Positions 26,587 to 35,922 of a stretch of 64,000 nucleotides of DNA are shown here, one piece after another. This DNA is from an uncultured Christensenella sp. GTDB lineage: Bacteria > Bacillota > Clostridia > Christensenellales > UBA3700. The notes beneath the pieces were generated by a model. It saw only the letters and a program-made list of their open reading frames with translations, was not told where the DNA came from and made no database searches. Both the position numbers and the translations under genes were made by a program. Where the stretch lies: assembly GCA_949298505.1 (NCBI GenBank), contig CASFWW010000038.1, positions 28,725 to 92,724 of the forward strand, written 5' to 3'. Position 1 is the first letter of the stretch; every line of letters starts with the position of its first letter.

Positions 26587-28521
26587 ATGGAATACAAACT
26601 CAAAGGCGGTAAGATAATCACGACGGGTAAAATGCACGAAAGAGCGTTTTACGACGTCAGCAACAACCGCATAACGGCACAGTTCGACGGCAGAGGCGGA
26701 ATATCCAAATACGCCGTGATGAACAAGTTCTCCGTGTTTACCAATTACTATTCTCTCTATACGGTGGACGGCGTTCCTTTCGACTATATGGAAGACAAGG
26801 TCGTTACGATGGAGGGAAAGAGACAGATCACGGAGATCGAGCACGACAAGTGCAGGCTGACGATCACGCAGTTCCTTGACAACGAGAGCAACGCGATTTA
26901 CGTTGAGACCGCTGTCGAAGCAAAGTGCGACCTTACTTTCGACAACACCGTCAACTTCGGCATAAATTACGAAAGCTACGTTCAGCAGCTGCTCGCCAAC
27001 AGGCTCAGCCCCAAGACGATCGCGACCGTGCTGACCGGCTTTATAAAGAGCAAGAAAAACGGTCTGACCTTCAGCGGCGCAAGCGCAAAACTGCACGGCG
27101 ACGTGCTGGGCGATTTCTATCTGGATTTCGCGATAAGCGAGGGCGCTCAGGCGGGCGAAGCGGAAAGAGGCTTCCACAACCAGTTCAGCTACGGCGCGAA
27201 ACTGCATGCGGGCGAACTCAGAAAGTTCAGATACGTCGTCAGCGCAGGTACGAGAAACGACTTCACGTTCTGCGACGTGATGCAGGCGCTTTCCCATTTC
27301 GACAATGCGCTCAGAGAGGCGCAGAAGTATATTGACGACCTCGGATGCCCGGATTGCGTTAAAGGCGACGATTTTATGGAGACCTATTACAAGTCTCTCC
27401 TCAACTGCAGTATATCAAACTATAAGGAACTGGGCAAGTTCAAAGGATTCCTTGCCGGTATCGTCTATCAGTTCCCGGCGAGAACGTATTACCGCGACGC
27501 TTACTGGACCGTACTTTCCGTGCTTCCGGTGAGACCCAACCTGGTCAGGAACGAGATAGTCACTCTCGGCAACGGCATAAACAAGAAAGGCGAGTGCCCG
27601 AGCGCGGTCAAGTTCAATTTCAAGAACTACTGGGGCAACCATTACGATTCTCCGTCTTTCTTTGTAGCGATGATCTACGATTACGTCACGCACACCGGAG
27701 ACCTCAGCGTGCTCAGCGAGTCCTGCGCGTGCGGAACGATCATAGATGCGGCAAAGCTCGTCCTTGACAGACTTGAGCAGGAGACTGATTCCACCGGGCT
27801 TCTCGTCAAGGGAGGGGAGTACAACCGCCGCGACTGGTGCGACAACGTGTTCAGAAGCACCTACGTCACTTACGACGAAGCGCTTTATGCCCGCGCGCTG
27901 TTTGCGATGAGCGAGCTTTGCGACGCCTGCGGTATGGACGGCAACCCGTACTACGCGAAATATCAGAAAGTCAAGAAGGCGATCAACGATCTTTTGTGGG
28001 ACGAAGAGAAGGGTTATTACGTCAACTACAAGAGCAAGGACTTCACTGAAGACAACCTGTCCATAGACACCGTTGTCACCGTGCTGTTCGGCATAGCGGA
28101 CGACGAAAGAGCAAAGCGCATCCTGAAGAACATGGAGAATATGCTCGAATCCAGAAACAACAAGGAGCAGAAGGCGGGCGATTTCGGCACGCTCAGCGTA
28201 TATCCGTTCTACAAGAACACAAAGGACATCGTTCAGAAATCTTCGCTTCCGTACTACTACCACAACGGCGGCGACTGGCCGTATCTTTCCTGCGTATACG
28301 CATATGCGAAGCTGATGTACGGCATGGACTACAAGTACCCGCTCACCAGGTGGTTCGAATACAATCTCGATCAGGGCAACTACACCCCCGTCGAGTTCTT
28401 CAGTCCCGTCCATCCTCAGGGATCACTGCTTCAGGCATGGTCGAGCACTGGCGCGTTCGTACTCTCTTACAGCGACGGCAATTTCTTCCGCAAACAACTC
28501 GGCGACAAGCGCGTTAAGTGA
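26587..28521 (+). CDS. (alpha/alpha)6-barrel glycoside hydrolase, GDE_C / GH63-like
   Basis: C-terminal half has six-hairpin glycosidase-like motifs (YRDAYWT, RRDWCDN, YYHNGGDWPY, LLQAWSS). The family is not certain without an HMM search. Confidence 0.6.
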   Translation: MEYKLKGGKIITTGKMHERAFYDVSNNRITAQFDGRGGISKYAVMNKFSVFTNYYSLYTVDGVPFDYMEDKVVTMEGKRQITEIEHDKCRLTITQFLDNESNAIYVETAVEAKCDLTFDNTVNFGINYESYVQQLLANRLSPKTIATVLTGFIKSKKNGLTFSGASAKLHGDVLGDFYLDFAISEGAQAGEAERGFHNQFSYGAKLHAGELRKFRYVVSAGTRNDFTFCDVMQALSHFDNALREAQKYIDDLGCPDCVKGDDFMETYYKSLLNCSISNYKELGKFKGFLAGIVYQFPARTYYRDAYWTVLSVLPVRPNLVRNEIVTLGNGINKKGECPSAVKFNFKNYWGNHYDSPSFFVAMIYDYVTHTGDLSVLSESCACGTIIDAAKLVLDRLEQETDSTGLLVKGGEYNRRDWCDNVFRSTYVTYDEALYARALFAMSELCDACGMDGNPYYAKYQKVKKAINDLLWDEEKGYYVNYKSKDFTEDNLSIDTVVTVLFGIADDERAKRILKNMENMLESRNNKEQKAGDFGTLSVYPFYKNTKDIVQKSSLPYYYHNGGDWPYLSCVYAYAKLMYGMDYKYPLTRWFEYNLDQGNYTPVEFFSPVHPQGSLLQAWSSTGAFVLSYSDGNFFRKQLGDKRVK

Positions 28522-28595
28522 TAAGGGAAGACAAAAGACAAAAACGCCGAAAGGCGTCTCAATAAACAAAAAAATAAATTTTGGGAGGTTATGAG

Positions 28596-30182
28596 GTGGA
28601 AGACACGACAAACACCATCGATCAGGCAGGCGTTACCCCCGGTGGCCCTGTCGAAGAGGAAGTTCTGAGCGCTGAAGATCAAAAGCTCATCAATCAGAAA
28701 TTCCTTAAGCCCAGAGATTACGTGCTTTTCTCGCTGGCAAGATTCGCAAGCAGTGCGGTCACGGGTCTCGTACAGGGTTATTTGTTGTTCTATTACACTG
28801 CGTGTATGGCAATTTCTCCTACGGCGGTAGGTACGATGTTCCTTATCACGAAGATTTTCGACGGTCTCAACGACCCCGTTATGGGTATTATCGTTGACAG
28901 AACGCGTACCAGATGGGGTAAAATGCGCCCGTATCTGGTTTTCGGTGCCGTACCATGGGCGATAGTTACGATATTGTTGTTTATGCCGATATCCAATTGG
29001 AGCAGCGTAGGCAAGATAGTGTGGATGTACATAACGTATATCATGTACGATATTACCGGCACTATAGTAGGCGTCCCTCTTGACGGTATGCCGGCGGTCG
29101 CTTCTCCGAACATGGACGAACGTTCGAAAATCATTTCTATCAGCCGTATCCTCGGTTCGATAGGCGAACAGTCCGCGCTTGTGCTTATTTCGATAGGACT
29201 TATCCTTACAAACGACGATTACGCCAACACGTATTTCATCGTTGCTATCATCATCGGCATTCTCGGACCTCTGTTCATGGTCCTCGGCGGTATAAGAGTA
29301 AAGGAAAGATGCGAACCGACTGAAACCACGCCGAGTCTTATTGAAGGCTTTAAATATCTGTTCAAGAACAAACCGTTCCTGCTGTTGATATTGTCCAACC
29401 TTCTTACGTTCTTCAGAAACCTGGTCAGCGCGGCGATAATGTACGTTGTTGCATACATTTACAGCAACGGATCGTTGCAGATAGCTTTCGCTCTCCCCGG
29501 TGCGATAGCCTCCATGATAGGTATGTTGTTTGCGCCCAGACTGAAGAGGATGATGGACTCGAAGAAGTTGTTTATCTTCGCTACGGTATGGCATTCGGCG
29601 GCGCTTGCGGTCATATTCTTCATCTACATAATAGGCGGAACCAACTGGATACTCATCGCGGCTCTGATGTTCTTCGCGATGCTCCCCGTAGGCGTGCTCA
29701 ACGTCGTACCCCACCTTATGGCAACGGATACGCTCGACTACTGGGAAGACAAGTGCGGCGAACGTCTCGAAGGCATTACCTTCTCGCTGATGAGTCTGAG
29801 AAGTAAAGTTTCTTCCGGATTCAAGGATTACTTCCTGTCCTGGCTGCTTGCGTTCTTCCTGTTCTCGCAGCCGCTGTCCTTCCTGTCGGATCACAAGCCC
29901 GAACAGACAGAGTTCACAAAGCTGGGATTGTTCATGATCTTTACGATAATCCCTGCGATAACAAACCTCGTTTCTATCGTTCCGATGCTGTTCTACAACC
30001 TGTCGGGTAAGAAGATGGCTCAGATCGAAGCGAGACTCGCTCACAAGAGAAAGCAGGAGTATGAAGCGAAAATGGCGGCAGAAGGCGCTGCTCTTGACGG
30101 AGAAGCGGGTTCTGAACGCTATATGAGCGACGTCGTGATCGATGAGATCTCGAAATCCGAGGCAGAGCAAAAGGAGGAATAA
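28596..30182 (+). CDS. MFS transporter, glycoside-pentoside-hexuronide (GPH):cation symporter family
   Basis: GPH signature DGLNDPVMGIIVDRTRTRWGKMRPY and 12 TM. GTG at 28596 is 7 nt after GGGAGG (ORF track starts at a TTG at 28581). Charged C-terminal tail of about 60 aa. Confidence 0.85.
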   Translation: MEDTTNTIDQAGVTPGGPVEEEVLSAEDQKLINQKFLKPRDYVLFSLARFASSAVTGLVQGYLLFYYTACMAISPTAVGTMFLITKIFDGLNDPVMGIIVDRTRTRWGKMRPYLVFGAVPWAIVTILLFMPISNWSSVGKIVWMYITYIMYDITGTIVGVPLDGMPAVASPNMDERSKIISISRILGSIGEQSALVLISIGLILTNDDYANTYFIVAIIIGILGPLFMVLGGIRVKERCEPTETTPSLIEGFKYLFKNKPFLLLILSNLLTFFRNLVSAAIMYVVAYIYSNGSLQIAFALPGAIASMIGMLFAPRLKRMMDSKKLFIFATVWHSAALAVIFFIYIIGGTNWILIAALMFFAMLPVGVLNVVPHLMATDTLDYWEDKCGERLEGITFSLMSLRSKVSSGFKDYFLSWLLAFFLFSQPLSFLSDHKPEQTEFTKLGLFMIFTIIPAITNLVSIVPMLFYNLSGKKMAQIEARLAHKRKQEYEAKMAAEGAALDGEAGSERYMSDVVIDEISKSEAEQKEE

Positions 30183-30186
30183 CGCT

Positions 30187-31422
30187 ATGAAAAAAAGATA
30201 CATGTCAATATTCGCGATAGCGGTTGTTGCCGTCATCCTTTGCACGGTGTTCATGGGCTGTACTCAGAGCGAAGAGGATTATTATAACGATATCGCTGAA
30301 GACGTCGCTAAATTCAACGAAAAGTACGACGATATCCTCGCAAATCTCAACAAAGCTAATTTCTCCGTTAAGTTCAGCTTTAACACGCATTACAATGCGG
30401 CTCTCACGAGAGGAAGCAGCGACAGTAAGGGCTGGGACAGCTTTGAAAACGCATACAATGACTTTTACGATTCTATAGGGAAACAAGATCCCAATATCTT
30501 CGACAATATTTTCGGTACAAAGACCGATGCGCAGAAGGCTATTGACGATCTCGGAGTGCAGACCAACGCATGGATGGATTCGTATACCGAAGTTACTTAC
30601 ATGCAGAACGGCAGCAAGAACTTCTATCTTAAGATCGTTACCTATCCTTCGATCTGGGAGAACTATTACGATTCGTTCACGGAGGCTCTCGAAGATCCGT
30701 CCGTTCTTAGCGCGGGTCTCAGCGGAGACAGCGATAAGATCATGTGGCAGACCGTAGACGAGACGATCAAGAACAAGAGCGAATACGTTCTCAAAGTCGA
30801 AAACGGCGTCTATAACGGCGTTGAGTATGACGGCATCGAAGAGTTGTCCGCCATCGTAGGCATCGTTACGGGTGAAATGCCTGTGGACGACTGCTATACG
30901 TTCACCAACGGCAACAAGATCTATACCCACGTTATGCAGGCTCAGTATATCACCGCTTACAAACTGGGAGAACAGGGAGACGTATCCTTCGGTGAGACAG
31001 CAGCTCCTGAATACGGTACAGAAGAGTGGAAAGAATTCCTGGCTTCGTTCCCTGAGACCATCAAGTCATGGAATCTCAAGGCTGAGGAGATTTTCAGAAA
31101 CAATCTGCTCGGTATGAGCGAAGATCTCCGCGTAGGCAGATCTGAAAACGTTGACGGTAAGTACTGGAGCGGTTTCGGAGAAGATATCGTTTACAACTGG
31201 GAAAATGTAGGCGCGTTGAAGATAACCCGTTATACCTACAACTACAGCAAGAGCAAATCCAGACTCGATCAGATAGACTTCTATACAGAATACGTAAAGC
31301 CGTACTATACTGAGAAGAGCGCCGCGGATTCGACTCTGGAGCTGAAAGGCGACGTTTATTACAACTCTCACATCGTTGCGGATTTCGTTTACTCTGACAG
31401 TGCGATAACTTTCCCCCAATGA
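30187..31422 (+). CDS. Hypothetical lipoprotein (last gene of the operon)
   Basis: MKKRYMSIFAIAVVAVILCTVFMGC gives a signal peptide and lipobox. No similarity to classical solute-binding proteins is recognisable by eye. Confidence 0.7.
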   Translation: MKKRYMSIFAIAVVAVILCTVFMGCTQSEEDYYNDIAEDVAKFNEKYDDILANLNKANFSVKFSFNTHYNAALTRGSSDSKGWDSFENAYNDFYDSIGKQDPNIFDNIFGTKTDAQKAIDDLGVQTNAWMDSYTEVTYMQNGSKNFYLKIVTYPSIWENYYDSFTEALEDPSVLSAGLSGDSDKIMWQTVDETIKNKSEYVLKVENGVYNGVEYDGIEELSAIVGIVTGEMPVDDCYTFTNGNKIYTHVMQAQYITAYKLGEQGDVSFGETAAPEYGTEEWKEFLASFPETIKSWNLKAEEIFRNNLLGMSEDLRVGRSENVDGKYWSGFGEDIVYNWENVGALKITRYTYNYSKSKSRLDQIDFYTEYVKPYYTEKSAADSTLELKGDVYYNSHIVADFVYSDSAITFPQ

Positions 31423-31443
31423 CCTGATGACATTAAAAAGACT

Positions 31444-31472
31444 AAGGAGCGTATATCGCTCCTTCTTTTTTT
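31444..31472 (+). terminator. Rho-independent terminator ending the 15-gene operon
   Basis: aaggagcg-tatat-cgctcctt followed by a T run. Confidence 0.8.
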
Positions 31473-31501
31473 ATTTTTTGCGTCAGCAAAGGATAATCTT
31501 A

Positions 31502-31529
31502 TTGATTTTAGGCTTAAATGGTTTATAAT
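31502..31529 (+). promoter_or_regulatory. Candidate promoter for copA
   Basis: TTGATT, 16 nt, TATAAT (31524-31529). Confidence 0.45.
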
Positions 31530-31570
31530 GATATTGAAATTTCTGCATGAACTAAACATGAAGGAGAAAA

Positions 31571-34084
31571 ATGAAAAACGTTATTTTCAATATAGACGGT
31601 ATGAGCTGCGTAGTGTGCAGCGGCAGTTGCAAAAAAGCGCTTTTAGCCCTGGACGGAGTAAAGCGCGCCGACGTAAATTTCGCAAGCGGCAAAGCCGTTG
31701 TGGAATACGACGAAAACAGGCTGACAGAAGACGACCTTGCCGCCGCGGTATTAAAGGCGGGATATACTCCGCGTTTTGAGAAAAAGAAAGAGGAAGCAAA
31801 AGGCGTGGACAAAGATCTCGTCGTCACTCTGACAAGAGTCGCGTTTGCCGCCGCGCTTTTGCTGTGGTCTATGCTCCCTATGCTGGGAGTGCCGTATCCT
31901 TCGGCAATATCACCCGAGGGCAATCCGTTTGTCTACGCGCTCGTGCAGATAATTCTGTGCGTACCCGTGATGGCGCTCAGCTACAAGATATATCTGAGAG
32001 GCTACCGCAACCTTTTCAGACTTGATCCGAATATGGACTCCCTCGTCGCGGTCAGCACGACGGCGGCGTTCGTATACAGCGTTTACGGGTTTGTTCTCAT
32101 ATGCGGCGGGGACGTTCACGCGGCGCACAATCTGTATTTTGAATCCGCGGCGGTGATACTCGCGCTGATATCACTCGGGAAATATCTTGAAGGGCGCGCT
32201 CTGAAAAAGACGGGTAAAGCTATCGAAGAACTGACGAGTCTCGCCCCTGATTTCGCTTTGGTCTTAAGGGACGGAGAATTCGTACGCATACCGTCGGCAG
32301 AGGTGGTCGCGGGAGATACCGTAAGAGTTGCGGCGGGCGAAAGTTTTTGCGCAGACGGAGTGATAACAAAGGGCTCTTCCGCGGTGCAGGAAAGCATGAT
32401 AACGGGCGAAAGTCTGCCTGTCGACAAGACGGTGGGCGACAGCGTTATAGGCGGAACCGTGAACGGCAACGGCGTTATAGAGTTCAAAGCCACGGGAGTA
32501 GGCGCGGACACTATGCTGTCTAAGATAATAACTCTGGTAGAAAACGCGCAGAATTCGCGCGCGCCGATAGCAAAACTCGCGGATAAAGTCGCAAAAGTTT
32601 TCGTGCCCGCGGTCATGGCGATAGCCGTTATAGCGAGCGTCGCGTGGGCTGTCGCGGGGCAGGATTCCGCTTTCGTCATAAAGATATTCGTATCCGTGCT
32701 TACGATAGCTTGTCCGTGCGCGCTTGGCTTAGCGACTCCGACGGCTATAATAACGGGAAGCGGCAGCGGCGCGAAACTGGGGATACTTTTCAAGAACGCG
32801 GAAGCGCTCGAACGCACTTCAAAGGTGAACGCGGTCGTGTTCGATAAGACAGGCACGATAACGGAAGGCGTGCCGAGGGTCGTTAAAATTTATTCGGCCG
32901 ACGGAGACGAAGACGCGCTGTTATCGTTGTGCGCTTGTGTAGAAAGCGTAAGCGAACATCCGCTTGCTAAGGCTGTTACAGACCGCGCTAAAGAAGCGGG
33001 GCTTGAAATAAAGACGGCAGAAAAAGTCGAAAATCTCAGCGGATACGGATTGAAGGCTACTGTAAACGGAAACGCCGTGCTTTGCGGAAAGAGCGCGCTT
33101 CTGACAGAGAACGGAGCGGATATAAAAGTTATAGAAAGTTATCTTAAAGACTGCTACGACAACGGTTACAGCGTTATAGCCGTCGCGGAAAACGGAATAG
33201 CGAAAGGCTGCATCGCGCTTGCCGACGGAGTCAAACAGAATGCGGCTGAAGCGGTGCATGCTCTGAAAAAAGACGGGATAAAAACGGTCATGCTTACGGG
33301 CGACAACGCAAAAGCGGCGGCTTATATCGCGGCGCAGGTCGGCATAGACGAGGTGATAAGCGAAGTTCTTCCCGAAGGAAAAGCGGACAAGATAAAACAG
33401 CTGAAAGAAGGCGGCGCCCGCGTAGCTATGGTCGGGGACGGCATAAACGACGCTCCCGCGCTTACAGAGGCGGACGTAGGCATTGCGGTCGGAGAGGGAA
33501 GCGACGTGGCTATCGAAAGCTCGGACGTCGTGCTCGTCGGCGGAGACGTCCGCGCAGTTGCCGACTCCGTAGAGCTGGGCAGGGCGACTTTAAGAAACGT
33601 AAAGGAAAACCTGTTCTGGGCATTTATATACAACATTCTGGGAATACCGTTCGCATGCGGCGTGGTTTACGCTTTGGGCGGAGCTCTTCTCAATCCGATG
33701 ATAGCGGGGCTTGCGATGAGCTGTTCGTCGGTATGCGTCGTGTTGAACGCGCTCAGACTTGCGTATTTTAAACCCAAACGCTTGAAAAATGCGGCGAAAA
33801 ATGAGATAATAGACGAAAAAGAACAAAACGGCGGGTCGGTCTGCTCGGCAGGCTGTCCGCTTGAAAAGGATAGCGTTATGAAAAACGAAATAAAAGTAAA
33901 CGGTATGATGTGCGCTCATTGCGAAGCGAGAGTTACAAAGGCGGTCACGGCGCTCGACGGCGTTAAAAGCTGCGTTGCCAGCGCAGCAGAAGGCACGGTA
34001 AAAGTCGAATACGACGAAAGAAAAGTCAGCCTCAATGCGATAAAAGACGCGATAAAAGCTCAGGATTACGAGGTGCTGGACTGA
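31571..34084 (+). CDS. copA: Copper-translocating P1B-type ATPase with N- and C-terminal HMA domains
   Basis: N-terminal HMA GMSCVVCSGSC, TM CPC motif (IACPCALGLATP), FDKTGTIT, GDGINDAP. An extra C-terminal HMA (VNGMMCAHCEARV) lies in the last roughly 68 aa. Confidence 0.9.
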   Translation: MKNVIFNIDGMSCVVCSGSCKKALLALDGVKRADVNFASGKAVVEYDENRLTEDDLAAAVLKAGYTPRFEKKKEEAKGVDKDLVVTLTRVAFAAALLLWSMLPMLGVPYPSAISPEGNPFVYALVQIILCVPVMALSYKIYLRGYRNLFRLDPNMDSLVAVSTTAAFVYSVYGFVLICGGDVHAAHNLYFESAAVILALISLGKYLEGRALKKTGKAIEELTSLAPDFALVLRDGEFVRIPSAEVVAGDTVRVAAGESFCADGVITKGSSAVQESMITGESLPVDKTVGDSVIGGTVNGNGVIEFKATGVGADTMLSKIITLVENAQNSRAPIAKLADKVAKVFVPAVMAIAVIASVAWAVAGQDSAFVIKIFVSVLTIACPCALGLATPTAIITGSGSGAKLGILFKNAEALERTSKVNAVVFDKTGTITEGVPRVVKIYSADGDEDALLSLCACVESVSEHPLAKAVTDRAKEAGLEIKTAEKVENLSGYGLKATVNGNAVLCGKSALLTENGADIKVIESYLKDCYDNGYSVIAVAENGIAKGCIALADGVKQNAAEAVHALKKDGIKTVMLTGDNAKAAAYIAAQVGIDEVISEVLPEGKADKIKQLKEGGARVAMVGDGINDAPALTEADVGIAVGEGSDVAIESSDVVLVGGDVRAVADSVELGRATLRNVKENLFWAFIYNILGIPFACGVVYALGGALLNPMIAGLAMSCSSVCVVLNALRLAYFKPKRLKNAAKNEIIDEKEQNGGSVCSAGCPLEKDSVMKNEIKVNGMMCAHCEARVTKAVTALDGVKSCVASAAEGTVKVEYDERKVSLNAIKDAIKAQDYEVLD

Positions 34085-35112
34085 TGTTTGAAAAGATAAA
34101 GACGATAATGAGTTCTGAAGAACTCAAAGCTCTCGTTCCCGTCAGCGCGGAAATAGCAAAGATAAAAGCCGAGCGCGACAAAGCCGTCATGGACATAATC
34201 GCAGGAAGAGACAAACGTTTGCTGATCATAGTAGGTCCGTGCTCCGCGGACAACGAAACGGCGGTATGCGATTACGTATCCCGCTTGGCAAAACTTGCGG
34301 ACGAGATAAAGGACAAGATTTTTATAGTGCCCAGGATATACACCAACAAGCCGCGCACTAAGGGCGAAGGGTATAAGGGCATTATGCACAACCCCGATCC
34401 GCATAAGATGGAGACGGACATACAGGCGGGCATAATCGCACTGAGAAAGATGCATTTGAGGGCTATATCCGAAAGCGGTCTTTCGTCCGCTGACGAAATG
34501 CTATATCCCGAAAACCACGTGTATCTCGACGATCTTCTGACCTACGTCGCGGTCGGTGCGCGTTCTTCTGAAAACCAGCAGCACAGACTGGTCGCAAGCG
34601 GCGTCGATATCCCCGTCGGAATAAAGAACCCGATGAACGGAAGCATGCCCGTCACACTCAATTCTATATACGCGGCGCAGATCCCCAACGAGTTCAAGTA
34701 CCGCACCTGTCAGGTGAGGACGCAGGGCAATCCCTACGCGCACGCGATACTGCGCGGAAGCGTGGACGTCTACGGCAACAATATCCCCAACTATCATTAC
34801 GAGGATCTTATCCGTTTTCACGACATGTATCTCGCGCAGAATCTTAAGAACCCCGCGGTCATCGTGGACAGCAATCACAGCAACAGCGGCAAGAATTACC
34901 TGGAGCAGATCAGGATAGTCAAAGAGGTCGTGGACAACCTCAGACACTGCGACAAGATACGTTCGCTCGTCAAAGGCTTCCTTATCGAAAGCTACATAGA
35001 GGACGGCGCTCAGCAGCCGGGCGGCGACGAGTACGGCAAGTCGATAACCGACCCGTGCCTCGGATGGGAAAAGACAAAAGATCTTCTTTTAAGAGTTGCG
35101 GATAAACTTTGA
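34084..35112 (+). CDS. 3-deoxy-7-phosphoheptulonate (DAHP) synthase, class I (AroG/F/H-like)
   Basis: LLIIVGPCSADNE, KPRT, GARSSENQQHR, VGIKNP, DSNHSNS all parallel E. coli AroG motifs. The ATG overlaps the copA stop (TGATG). Confidence 0.88.
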   Translation: MFEKIKTIMSSEELKALVPVSAEIAKIKAERDKAVMDIIAGRDKRLLIIVGPCSADNETAVCDYVSRLAKLADEIKDKIFIVPRIYTNKPRTKGEGYKGIMHNPDPHKMETDIQAGIIALRKMHLRAISESGLSSADEMLYPENHVYLDDLLTYVAVGARSSENQQHRLVASGVDIPVGIKNPMNGSMPVTLNSIYAAQIPNEFKYRTCQVRTQGNPYAHAILRGSVDVYGNNIPNYHYEDLIRFHDMYLAQNLKNPAVIVDSNHSNSGKNYLEQIRIVKEVVDNLRHCDKIRSLVKGFLIESYIEDGAQQPGGDEYGKSITDPCLGWEKTKDLLLRVADKL

Positions 35113-35191
35113 GCCGCCGCGTTTTTAAACGCAGAGAAACTTTGGACAAAAGAGGTTTTATTATATATTGATAAAATAAATACGTATATAG

Positions 35192-35225
35192 AAAAAAGAA
35201 AACGCGTAAATGCGTTTTCTTTTTT
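35192..35225. terminator. Bidirectional rho-independent terminator
   Basis: A6-agaaaacgc-gtaaat-gcgttttct-T6, between convergent genes. Confidence 0.75.
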
Positions 35226-35282
35226 ATGTTTTGCCCGGAAATTTTTGCAGGCGGCAAAAGCGCAAATCCGCGCGCCGCGCAT

Positions 35283-35771
35283 TTACAGTTCTTTGATTAT
35301 TTCCGCTGCGTAAACGTCGTGGTAATCCTTCGTCGGATAGCAGTCGTCAATGATGTCTTTATCTATAAAGCAATTTTCATCCATCGTCTGACGGTAAAGT
35401 TTTTTGCAGATCAGCGTCAGAGTCGCTTCTTTGAATACAGGCGCGCCGCTCTCGCTTGAAAGGGTGAGACCGCTGTTCTTCATCTTGTCTTCATCTCTTC
35501 CCGAGACTCTGCCCATGTAGCCAAGCATCTTCTTGTACGAATCGTCGAAGAAGGAGAGGGAAAACACGTCGGCGTCGTCGATAAATTCTTTCGTATACCT
35601 CTGCGGGCGTATAAATACGAATGCGACCTTTTTTCTCCAGAGCACGCCCATGCCTCCCCAGGAAGCGGTCATCGCGTTTGTTTTGCCGTTTTTATCCGTA
35701 GCGGCAACGAGCATCCATCTGTCTCCTATGAGAGAAAATACGTTTTCTTTCAGCATATCGTTTTTATCCAT
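35283..35771 (-). CDS. Flavin reductase-like domain protein
   Basis: NAMTASWGGMGVLW and FIRPQRYT are typical of flavin reductase-like (FMN-binding split barrel) proteins. ATG at 35771 follows GGAGG. Confidence 0.7.
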   Translation of the reverse strand: MDKNDMLKENVFSLIGDRWMLVAATDKNGKTNAMTASWGGMGVLWRKKVAFVFIRPQRYTKEFIDDADVFSLSFFDDSYKKMLGYMGRVSGRDEDKMKNSGLTLSSESGAPVFKEATLTLICKKLYRQTMDENCFIDKDIIDDCYPTKDYHDVYAAEIIKEL

Positions 35772-35922
35772 AAAAATTTTACCTCCGTTTTTGATTATAG
35801 CGCGCTTTTGTTTAAAAATCAAGCGGGAGAAAAACGACGCGTCTCATAAAGAAAGAAAATCTTTGTCACAAAACCGAAAAAATCCGACTCTTTAACAGTA
35901 TACAGGTCAAAGGAGATTGAGT

